DNA of 64,000 nucleotides from Pocillopora damicornis (Eukaryota): NCBI RefSeq assembly GCF_003704095.1, contig NW_020845389.1, positions 310,001 to 374,000 of the forward strand, read 5' to 3'. Shown piece by piece: positions 39,001 to 50,378 of this stretch (position 1 is its first letter; each line of letters starts with the position of its first letter). The notes under the pieces were generated by a model. It saw only the letters and a program-made list of their open reading frames with translations, ran no database searches and was not told where the DNA came from. The position numbers and the translations under genes were made by a program.

Positions 39001-39909
39001 NNNNNNNNNNNNNNNNNNNNNNNNNNNNNNNNNNNNNNNNNNNNNNNNNNNNNNNNNNNNNNNNNNNNNNNNNNNNNNNNNNNNNNNNNNNNNNNNNNNN
39101 NNNNNNNNNNNNNNNTTTCTTGTTTTCATGTGCTGTTGCTGTAGATAGTTACCATGCTACTCTAAATCTCGCGGCTGTTAACGTTACTGCTCCTGCTGCT
39201 GGTGGTGCTCTTACAACTGTTTCTGCTAAGAAAGTATTCACTTCATCTTGCCTTTATTTTTTTTTCACCCTCTCCCTCCTTCTTTTAGGTCTGCGCTCCG
39301 GCTTGTGCTGATGACTGCTGCGCCTTTGGAAAATATGCGTCACCACCTGCGCCAGGACTCCCTGCTAGTGACCAACCCCATCCTGGTCTGACCCCGAACG
39401 TTCCATATCCCCACTCCAAAGTCATTCCTCTCGAGGCCTATGCCTGCAAAGAAACCTGCAAGTTCTCTTGTACTTACGACTGTCCCCGCGATTGCTGTCA
39501 GCCGGAAGAGCTAGCTCAGGAAGAAGCTCATGAAGCTGCCGCTCTTGCACCTTCAGCTCTTTCATCTCCCGCTATAGGATCTCCAACCACAATAGGAGCG
39601 CCACAAGCTATGGCTTATCAAGACCTCGCTCCTGCGATGGGGACATGCCCGAGTCCCTGTCCTGGTGGTTGCTACCCCTCCTGCACTGTGGCTTGCTGTA
39701 CGTCGGCTCTAGGCCTTCCCCAAGAAAATCAGGCAGAGTTGAGCCCAGAGGCACGTTCCTCCACAAAAAGAGTACTGCATATTACTCACCTGGTGCGACC
39801 AATCACAAGTTTAAATGGATGCGCATTATCCTGCGCCACACACTGTACACCAGCATGCGCAAGATCTGGCTGCTGTGATTCGTCGAAAAGAAAGAAAAGA
39901 TCTGACTGA
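33094..39909 (+). CDS. Gene 9: large secreted protein (~788 aa) with an ShKT domain, a Lys-rich region and 7 minicollagen-type CRDs
   Basis: Exons 33094-33202 (signal peptide, KR), 34570-34626, 34770-34826, 35603-35653, 36455-36562 (ShKT), 36964-37809 (Lys-rich), 38224-38741 (3 CRDs plus the first part of a 4th) and 39289-39909 (rest of the 4th plus 3 CRDs, KRKKRSD*). CRD4 (CPAPCPQ|VCAPACADDCC) is rejoined exactly across the intron that contains the N gap. Confidence 0.78.
35799..36008. mobile_element. ~210-bp MITE, family with TTAA-like ends
   Basis: Clearly similar to 44661-44871 (AGTGACCA...TCTCCTTACAATATC...CAAATTCTC...TGTATGG.AGACAGTAAGGAGAATTAC.ATGAGAT.TTG.GAGT). Confidence 0.75.
36154..36226 (-). 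tRNA. tRNA-Thr(CGT), antisense within an intron of gene 9
   Basis: Minus strand: GCCTCGT TA GCTCAGTGGTTAGAGC A CTGGT CT CGT AA ACCAG GGGTC GAGAG TTCAAAT CTCTC ATGGGGC T. Full cloverleaf (two G-U pairs in the acceptor stem), intact A/B boxes and downstream T-runs. Confidence 0.9.
36455..36562 (+). other. Exon encoding an ShKT (ShK toxin-like) domain within gene 9
   Basis: Translates to ECTDKIEHCSALAKSGVCKTSPKAMHQHCAKTCNLC. The six Cys, the C-x-D start and the M-x-x-x-C-x-K-T-C-x-x-C end are typical of ShKT. Symmetric phase 1-1 exon flanked by CATAG and GTAAGT. Confidence 0.88.
38994..39115. other. Assembly gap (122 N) within the last intron of gene 9
   Basis: Run of N characters. Confidence 0.99.
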
Positions 39910-42900
39910 ATCGTTTCGTGACGAAAAGAAGAAAAAACATTGCATTTAAAATCCATTCATCTTAAACAATGATCGGGATTGAAGATGTAAATGCTGTTCA
40001 GCGGAAATCCCTAAAAAGACGAAGAACTTTTAAAAGTACCGCAAATTAATGCCAAAGAGGGTGTATGAGAAACGATAGTTGCTACACTCCATAGAAACAA
40101 ACTTAACATAGAAGTTATCATACATCCTTTTCCCCTTTTTTTCTATTCTTAAAAGCCTGCTTCAAGGCTTTAGAAATAAATATTGTGACTCACCAATACA
40201 GATTTAAAAACGTAAAAGTTTGTTGAGTACAAATTTAAAGCTATAGATACAAAATATAAATATCAACGAATCGAGAAATCTTTTCACATTTTAGGTGTGT
40301 TCTGAAGATATTGAAAAGAATTTTGCTCTATATGTCAAACGTATTCTATTCTTGTACATTACCATAAATGGTTGCACCTATCAATACGATATTTCTTTAA
40401 AAAATAAACTCTTTATATTATGAAAACTCTCTTTTGACAACGTTTCCTTTGCTGATGCGATCTCGAATGGCAAAAAAAGTGAAAAGCTTGCCCCAATTCT
40501 GTATGCTGGACTCAGAATGCTGAGTTTTATTTTCATTTCCTTGCCGAGGACTTTTGTCTGGACTTCTTAGGCGATACGCTATTCCCCCACAGTGCTCCTC
40601 GCCCGCCACGAATGAGTGTGAAAATGATACCGGAGTGTTGACAGGAAAACTTGAGTGAAGCCACGTCCAGGAGAAATAGGAGAAATTTTGTCCTTCAATG
40701 CCCAGAAAATTGTTTGATTTAATTAATCGTGCCTGAGTGTGTTAATTTTGCCAAAAATTGAATAAGGCGAGTAATTCATATCCGATTTTGGCTAGCATTT
40801 ATGCATGTAAAAAGAGTGATTTTATTGTTAGGTTGAGAGAACCCTTGCAAAGGACATTTGTTCTAAGGTTTGAGTGGCCAATTCAACAACCTGAGTGGAA
40901 TTCATCATCAGTAAGTAAGAATCAACGTTTACGGTATTGAATCCAAGCAAATAGCCTCGATAGATGAATGAATAAATTAGATAATAGAATGGTGCGATTA
41001 ATGAGCTTTACGAACAGGCGACGTGTAAAAAACAACCCAATTAATTACTATGAGCACCCCTTAAGATCAAAGAGCTCCAAGTAAGCTCATCAAATCAACC
41101 ACAGCCGCTGGGAAAACCGATCGCAATCAACTAGGATAAGATAATTTATTTAACGTCAATTACAAAGGGAGTGGTCTCGCAATCTCTTGAGCGCGAAGCT
41201 CATGATATCAGTGTTCGATAAGCTATACAACTATGGACTAAAAATGCTAAAAACTAAGAGAAAAAATAAAATTAATACACTTAAGATCTATAGACTACCT
41301 ATATCTGCATAATAAATTGGTCAAGTCGGAAGGTAATTGTGTCATAGTGAGTAAGAGTATTCATGAGTATCAGAATATGAATCTAATTAAGACAAAAACT
41401 AGGTACTTTTAATGTTTAGTAGAAATTTACTTGAAAGTAGGGGAGGAAATTTTGGATAGGATTAGATGGTCTGTGCTTTGATTTTGGCTCTGCTTCCAAG
41501 CTCCACTCTACATTACCTGACCTTAGTTTTGCAAGTATAATCATATCTAGTATACATTGATTACAACGAGTAAATAGGAAAGTTTTGAAATCTTGATAAA
41601 GTATTACCAGCATTAAGTATTGAACAATAATCCCCGTAGGATTCTGCAGTGTTTGTAACTCTTACAAATAAAATCAATTACGATTCGATTAGGTATGACC
41701 ACTTTCAGTTATTTATTGTCAAAGGAAAAGGTGAAAGTCGTTTTCTTCGATGATTTTGTGAGAAGGACTCAAAGGTCATCCCATGATTACAACCGGCCCG
41801 TCAGAGGACCTTCGATGATTAAGGTAGTAGAGTTCAGATAGTGCTGCACTCTAAAGCAGTCACAGTACAGTGCATTGTGAGGCATGAATAGACACAGGCA
41901 GAATTTTGTGACATGGATTATCCTTTACACTGCACTTCCCCTCCATGCACCACCCAATCAAACACTTCAATGTATTATTAACTGTAACATAAGAGGCCCG
42001 TGAAGCGTTTATCTTGTAATATCATTGGCAACTATTTCTCTCAATTAATAGCACGATTACAAACTTGGCAAAACCTTTGATGTATTTGGTTACAAATACA
42101 AAGCAGTTACACAAAGCACAAAATCCACTTTGAAGAAAACTCGCACTCAGACAAATAGACGAATGATATGATTACACCCCTTGTCCTTGTAATCTGGAAC
42201 ACAAAAATCAATGGAAAGGAGCAATTATGTATTTGCATCCTTCTCATGACAACCATTTGACGCTTTATGTAAATTTTTGTCGCTTTATCCACCCAGGTCA
42301 ACCCCAGCAACATTGTTTACACTTATTTGAAAATTCCATGTCCCTCTCGGTCGTTTATCACTTAAACACCCGTTAGAACGAATAGCATTTCTTTATCACC
42401 GAGAACAATGGCTCGTAAATAAGTTATGAGTTGTCTTGAACAAAGGATCACAAAGGAATACCAAAGCTTTCGTGTTGGCAACATCGAGACGCCTTAGGAA
42501 AGGATATTACCGAAAGCAAAAGGGTAAGAATATCTCTTGCGTTTCTGAAAAAAATTCAAAAACATCACCATGCTGTGAATTAGATTAACCCACATTTAAC
42601 TGGGCTAAGGAGAGTCCCCTAAAGCGTTCCTCAACAGCCTCGCTTGAAGGTTTTAGAACAAAAGTCAACTAATGTTATTTTGCCCTAAAAATCTCGATTT
42701 TTTATACGAGTATTGAATCATTTTTGCAATATCTTCGTTTTATTAAAAAAAAAAAAGCCCATGCACGATTCGCAGATTCTATTCGACTACGTTTCACAGA
42801 CAATCTTCTAACCACTCAACTTTGGATTTAAATTGAAACACAACAATTAGCAAGAAAATCACACTATATTTCATTTTTTTTAAATTTGAGAACAGAAATC

Positions 42901-42930
42901 CCATTTGAATTACTTCCTCTTTTTCTTCAG

Positions 42931-45900
42931 ATGGACAAGAGACTGCTGAGTATCGGGCTACTTCTTGCACTGGTTTTTATCCTCTCAACATGGACTTCTG
43001 AAGCGAAACATCACAGTAAGTTAAATGTTTAATTTGCATACGAACTTTTACAAGTCCAACCCCAGTCTTGATTATGTTAATTTTGCCACAAGACGGGAAA
43101 AGCGCTTAATTTTTGTCGCTTACCAACCTTTTTTTTTTTAACTCCCTTTGGAGTTGACTCAATTAAAGTTTTTGTTTAGTTAAAGCGATCAGTTACAGAG
43201 CTGATAATTCTAATAGATAAGCAGAGGCCATTGAAGTTGGCCACCACTTAGGTAACCAGGCATTTAAAAAGCTGAAGGACAACAGTTCTCTCAAGTAGTT
43301 TAATATTTGCTTTTTGGTTATTCACTGAACCAAAGATCTGATCACTGAACCAAATGATCTTTTGATAAGATACTGACCTATGGAAGAAAATAATTACTTG
43401 TGCTGCTCGGACAATTTTCTGACCCAAGACACTTACAAGTTCATCCAACATTAGCAAAGCCAATTCAATGTTCCATCAGACATTTAAACATAACTGTGTG
43501 GTAAACGCGATAATTCTGATGATATAGTTTCGCTCTAACAGTGGCTGAAAATCAATATAGTTACCTTAAGCGAGAAACTAAATAAACTAAATGAATTATT
43601 AATTTGTGGATTCTATATTTCGTTTAGGTGCTCTATTGAAAGAGCCTTAAAACTGTTATAGCACTTTACATGTGTTTTGAACAGGAATCGTTACGCAGTT
43701 CTGTAATGGAAATTAGAGAATGTTACCCCATAAGCAACGATTAGTTTTCTAACGATTCGAACAATAAAAATTTATGCCTCTTGAAATCAGTTGCTAAAGA
43801 AATTACGATGACATACCCATACCTCAGATTCATAAAAATTTCAAATGTATCCGTTTAAATGTGATGAAATATAGCGAAACTGACGTCGTTCAAGCATCTA
43901 GCAACAGCTGAGTGCATTCTAGAATGTAGTTTACAATTTGATTAAAGACTTTTGAAAAATAACAATTCAGACCAAGTTTAGGCTATGAGGACCTAACTCA
44001 AATAATAATATTAAAGATTTAAAGGAAAAATATTGTAGAAAATGCAAGCTTCCCTTATCGACCATTCTGGTGTTAGGCTGTAGTTTTCTCCCGTAATTCA
44101 AATGAAAACAATAAAGATACAGACTGAAAATTGTTGTCGAAAAGTGAGGCTTGTCTCTATCGACCATTCTCTATTTAAATGATAGTTGTCTCGCAAAAGT
44201 TAAGCTTAATACTCCACTCTGTATCTTTAATAGGACATCACCATCTTAAAAACATACTTCGACACAAAATTCAAAAACACGAAACGGACAAGAAAGTGAA
44301 AGCCAAAGCAGAAGATAAAGCAGAGGATAAACCAGGTGGGAATTATGAAAAAACGCATACATCATGTTACCTTGTTCTTGGAAAAGATAGAAAATCTAAT
44401 TGACTTCAATTATTTTAATTATTTTGTAATATTGATTTATTCATAAATCCCGGTATGTGTTTAATGTAAATCATCATTACGTTTTTATAATTGGAGGTTT
44501 TTTCCAGTAAATTTTCCTGAAAACTCACCGATACCCATTTATCTTAAGGAGAGATAAAGATACTGAGAAAGGAGAGAGTCCTGGTGTCGAAAAAACAAAG
44601 ATAGGTCTGACACCAGGACTTCATTATCCGCAGTTCAGCGGGCTAATCATTGATTGGATCATAACCTTTTTACACCCAAGAGTGACCAGGAAAAAATCTC
44701 TCCTTACAATATCGATACAATATCAAGCAGACAAATTATGAGAGTTAAGAAAAATATCATTAAGGAGATTTTTAGTAGATCCAATGACAAATTCTCGGAA
44801 CTAAAATCATAAGAATTGTATGGCAGACAGTAAGGAGAATTACTCATGAGATATTGGGAGTAAAAGTGTCAGCGATCTTCCATCCTATGATGACCAAGCG
44901 GTTATTACACTGAGCAGCATCAAGGAGTGTGACTGGGTTCCGCCGAACCTTCAGCGAAACCTCACTATATGCTGGGAGTGATCTGTGATCGACTAGCATA
45001 CCATTCAGGCTTCATTTAAATGTTGAAGAATAATGAATTGAAAGCTCGCCTGTATTTTAAGTTTCAAGAAATACATGTATGTAACCAAGCAGCTCATTCA
45101 TGTATCTATTTAGAAGAAGATGCAAGTGGAAGTGGAATCGAAAAGGATGATGGGCCGGATTCTGAAGAAGATGATAAAGGTGTGTAAATGGGCTACTCGA
45201 AAAAAAATAATTGATTTTTCAGTAACTAGTTTTTTAACTAGTAACTAACAGTAACTAATTAAGAAAAATCAACAGATTTACATGCTCCTTTTTATTAGTC
45301 ATATGGATGAATCATCGTTTGCTGAAGGGGTCATAGTCAAGTCCTTTTTTCCGGTCTGTTCTTGAGTAGCTCTGTGGCCTCTAACAAAACAATGAGGAAC
45401 AACTGATTACATTAAAATTAAATTTGCTGAATTTTTTGTTACTTTATTATTTAATTTAAATGTAACATTAGCAGACGATGAGGAAACCAGAGAAGAGAAT
45501 TTGAGAGATGAAGAAGAAACCAGAGAGAAGGAAGAAGCAGAGAGAACGTCCAAGAAAAAATTGCACGATGAAAGTAATGTATCAAAGTTTTCTTTTCATT
45601 CGTTCTTTCCGTGGAAACTAGTTACATAAGGCTAAGACAACACCAAAAGATAAAGCCTGAAAAAAAGACAGTAACAACCAGAAGAGTAGGAAAATGTAAC
45701 GGAACGTGTCGCAATTGCTTTACTAATTTTGCGTCTAGGTGATCGAGAGTGGCGCGAAAATAAAAATTGGAAAGTAACATTTTGAATCAGGCTTTCTCTT
45801 AAGGGTATTTTGTCTCTTAGCTTCATTATCTCTCAATTTCAAAATGTCCAAAGGAATCTCATTTAATAAATACTATGTTATTTCCAGTCGAAGCCGATAA

Positions 45901-47206
45901 AGGATCTCTCAGGGAACTTCTAGACTCAAGTATAGGTATATTTTTTTCAATTTAGCTTTCACATTTTTGCATCTTTTCGCTATAAAAAAAGCCAGTTTGC
46001 TGACCCTGTATCGTTCCCTTACAGAAAACCTTGCCAAGGCAGGAAAAGCGATTCAGGCTATCTTGGACGCTACAGGAAAAAACAAAGGTGATTTACAGGT
46101 TATTCAGTCGATGCTTACAAACATTTCCCCAGCTGGTTTCGTCCAGTCGTAAGAGTACTCTATCCATTAGGGTGGCCGAGGCTCGATTCCCGAGAGTGAC
46201 GTGGCATTACTCATGGGTTAAGTTTTTTGTTGGTTCTCGTCTTTCTCTTCAGATTCTCCTTTTTCTTCCATCAAACAAATTAACAATAAGATTTGATTTA
46301 GTCACGAACAGCCACTTATCAGATATCACATGGCCAAAATGACATTAACATATTGACTTATTCATTCATTCAAAATCGAACTACTTTCGTGGGACATTAC
46401 AACTACGTGACGGTTGTTCATATTTTTAGATAGCCCCGAGCCCAAAATTGTAGAATTCATTTTCTACCCTTCGCGTTGTTTTTACAAACCTAAGGCAAAA
46501 ACCTAATTGTTTTCTAGTGAGCCAAACTTGTCCTGGAACATGCCCGGATGTGTGCGCACCCGGATGTATCTCGACCTGTTGCAATCCAACGACAAGTCCT
46601 ATGGCTCAAACTGCAGCCCAAGCTCCTTACCCTAGTGCTTATCAACCTGACCCATACCAATATGCCGCAGCTCAACAACAGTACAGCCAGTATGGTCAGC
46701 TACCACAGGCTGCACAAGCAGCACAGGTTCCTCAGGCCCTCCCAGCTCCACAGACACCCCAATACCCTCAGCAACCATCAGCACAGCAGTGTCCACAGCA
46801 GTGCTCTGTGATCCCATGTCCTAGCGCCTGCCCACAAAGCTGCTGCAGTGCCCAGCCACAGTACCCTCCGCCGGCTCAACAAGCGATGAGTGCACCAAAT
46901 TTTCTGGTCCTTCCTCCCGCCCCAAAGAAACCAAACAACACCCAGTCGTCCAGCTGTGCTTCACCATGCTCTCAATCGTGCGCTCCTTCTTGTCTCCCAA
47001 GCTGCTGCTCCCCCTCCATGGGCATGCAAATGGCAATGCCTTATCCACAGCAACCACCGATGATGCCCCAAATGCCTCCGATGCCTCAGATGCAACAGCA
47101 AATGCCACAACAAGCATGCCCACAAGCGTGCCAACCCGCTGCACCCGGTGGATGTGCACCACAGGCTCAATGCCCGCAGCAGTGTTGCCCAAAAGGGCGC
47201 AGATGA
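42931..47206 (+). CDS. Gene 10: secreted protein with a His/basic N-terminus, an acidic Ser-Gly region and a Gln/Pro-rich 4-CRD C-terminus (~380-410 aa)
   Basis: Exons 42931-43015 (MDKRLLSIGLLLALVFILSTWTSEAKHH), 44234-44335, 45114-45179 (EEDASGSGIEKDDGPDSEEDDK), 45472/45475-45573, 45888-45935, 46025-46087 or -46148, and 46518 or 46495-47206 (4 CRDs, ends CCPKGRR*). The last junction is ambiguous. Confidence 0.75.
44661..44871. mobile_element. ~210-bp MITE, second copy
   Basis: Colinear with 35799-36008 over its whole length. Confidence 0.75.
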
Positions 47207-48644
47207 ATTTCTGTTTGACGTCAACAATATCCACTCATAAAAAGTAATAAAATGAAAAAGAATTGAATCATATTTCTAAGAAAGGTAAACCGTTGGATTT
47301 CGGGGTAACGCCTGAGGCGTTCAAAGAATGTGTAGCTATAGGAGCGCCTGTGTGGATTTTTGGCTTGTGTTCTTAGGTACGTGATGTACAAAAAAACTAT
47401 TTGCTTTAAGAGTTATTTCATCATTAGAGCCCTTTATGCGATATTAGATTGGTTAGTTTAAGTATCAAACGTATGCAAAAACGGAAAACACCAAAATTTA
47501 TTTCGACATTGCTCAGTCCCTGGTTCTTCTTAGATTAAATTTGTATCAAAAATAATCGAAAATATCCAGTTTATGCAAACCTTTCAAATTAAGTGTACAA
47601 ACAGCTGAAATAAGACTAACAGAAGTTTCATTTTTGCCTTTTATCATTTGCTGCCTGCCGAAAGAGTCGTCCTTAACCTCTCTCATGGGCAAATTAGTCT
47701 TCACATAATTCCTGGCCATAGAAAAAGTGCCAGACATCTATAGATATTGAATTTATATAACCGGTAAAATGCTCATTTCTAGACCCGTTTGTGCAAAGAA
47801 TGCTGTCATCACAATATATGAAAAGTAACAAGCATCCTTACGAGGCCCTCTACGATATTCTTAAAGAGTAAGATCTTGTGATCGGGTAATATATCAACTA
47901 CGTTATATGTCTCATGCGTCTATTTTTCATTCTGGTCGTACATTTTTGTTTTGTATTTATTCTCAGAAATGTGAAAAGGTTTTCGTGGCCTTGTGTCAAT
48001 GAAACTACAGCACCGTAAAAAAAAGTATTAATTTTAGAAAGTCTTCACCAAATAAATTGTCATGAACATACCATGACCCCTGTTTAGGGAAAGTATCACA
48101 ATTTCAATTCTAAACATGCCATGTTTTAATAAACAATGTTTCAGTCAAATCCGAGTTGTGTGTTTTTCTCTAGTACAGGTTTCTGACCAAGTGAACCCAA
48201 AAGACGGCTCAGATGAGAAATTGGCCTCAAAAACACGTTCCACTCTCCTGACCGATAACTGATGCAAAACTTAAAACCACTTAAAACCACTCAAGACTTA
48301 GTGACCCGCATCTTCCCGCGTATCGGGGAATTTGCTTTTCCAGTTTGGATTCTCATTGGCTCTTTGTAATATTTTTATCTGAACTGGTTTTGGATTTACC
48401 CTACTTAGTAGAAAATTGCTCTTACTACATAAGGGATTTGATTTACCTGCTGGCAAGGGGAGGGAGGAGGGAAGAGGTATACACTGTGAGTCCAGCTCAA
48501 GTACATCATCAGCACCGTTATCATGATCCTCCACATGTCTTTTGCCAAATATAGCTGACTTTCCATCCAACAATAATGTGTATCCCAACTGAGGAAAGGA
48601 AGTTTATTGCCTCTCGGGCTCACCTTCCGTCACGTTTTATACTT

Positions 48645-48855
48645 TTAACCTTTTACTTCCCAAGATCTTATTTTTAATTCTTTCCTCTAGCTGCTATACA
48701 TTTCCTTGTAAATTAGTTAGGGGAATTTGGTGTTAGATCAGGATAACGACTTCTATCTGATTATATTGAGTATTCTCATCACCCTTTTCTGAATAATGTA
48801 TGAATATTAAAGGAAGAAGTTACATGTTAATCAGCACTGGGAGTTAGAGGGTTAA
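48645..48855. mobile_element. Related ~210-bp MITE in the opposite orientation, TTAA-flanked
   Basis: TTAACCTTTTACTTCCCA ... TGGGAGTTAGAGGGTTAA terminal inverted repeats with TTAA at both ends (piggyBac/Kolobok-like TSD). Confidence 0.7.
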
Positions 48856-50378
48856 AGATCCTTTTTTATACTGTTTTGAAAGTCTACGAATGCGTCATTG
48901 GATGGAGCTTTGACAAAGAACACGAGTCGCCCAAAGTACAACATGCACATTTAAGTCCAGAGGTGCCCTTCACGATTAGAGTCAAATGTCTTAATAAAAT
49001 TTGAAGCCTATATGTAGACATTTAAGACATCATGAAGTAACTTGGCGTTGCAGAGCTTAACTGAGAAAAAATGTTGCACAATAAGAGCATCAAAACAATA
49101 ATGCGTTCAATCAGATTTTGCACATTCAACTCTTTATATCCCACAGTTAAATTAAATTGTCACGTTTGTCAGTGTTTGGCTTATCTAAGGGGGAGGTGAT
49201 AGAAACGGGCCAACTTATCAACTTAAGGGTGTTATTTTAATAGAAATCCCACTTCTCTTTACTAAGGTACAGTTTAACGTAAAGAAACTGGAAGGGAGAA
49301 TTGCTCTTTTAATCTTGGGAGTGTGAAGATTAAACACTCCCATATATGGCTGGCCCCAGGGACAACATGGCAATATAGGTGAGGCGGTAATCAGTTATTT
49401 CTCAAATGTGGAATCAAATAGAGTTCATCGTAATTTTTTTTTCTTTTTTATTAACTTTAAAGTGATCGTCATAAAATTTTTTCAACATATTTGGCTAGAG
49501 AATATTCAGGAGGTCAAGAAACGAGATCAGATTCTCATCTAGTCAATGATCTTATCGTCAGATGACTCACAAGGTCAATGCGCACGCGTAGTTTACAGAG
49601 AGCGGGGCAAGTACCAGCTGAGCGAAATAAATAATTCAGCGAAAAAAGGATTTTTCGGAAAAGTGATTTTGTTAACAACTCTCCTCTCCTCTTTACTGCT
49701 GGACTAAAAGGGGAAAGGTATGATGTTTTTATTCTTATTTCGTTATTATATATGTGTAAATGTATTGTGTCTCAATGCAACTTACTCGTGGTACCGTACG
49801 AAGCGATTTAGACAGAGAGCCACACGGTTTAATGGTCCGTCATATAAATAGTAGTCTTGAAGTCAATAACAAAACGTTTAATAACGGAGATCGCTCGGCA
49901 AGACGCCATGAACATACGCTGCTCTCTTCACCCCGACTGTCTATCAAAGAAATCTCATAAACTAGAAAACGCCGGATCATCAGTTCTACTAATTTGTACC
50001 TTAACTTTGTACCCACATGTTAGAAGAAGAAATTACTAATCACCTGTTGGCGATTCTAACTTGATTTTGTTCCCCTGTGCTCTTGTAAATCTAAATCCCT
50101 TATGTCTTAGAAAGTAAAAATCTAAACACCAGCATCAAATATACTGCTTGACCTCAAATTCATAGATTTCGCCACAATATTTTCCGGGTTGATATTTCAC
50201 AAAATCTCCTAAGCGTTCCGATTGACAACGTACTTTCTTTATAAGGAGATTTTGAAATACGATCACTCCAGGAAATAGCCTCATGATTAAAACTTAATGA
50301 TAGTCGATTTAACAAAAAAAATACTATGGCTGGTTCTGAATGAGTCTTTTTTTTGTCGTATCTAGAAGGGTGACGAGT

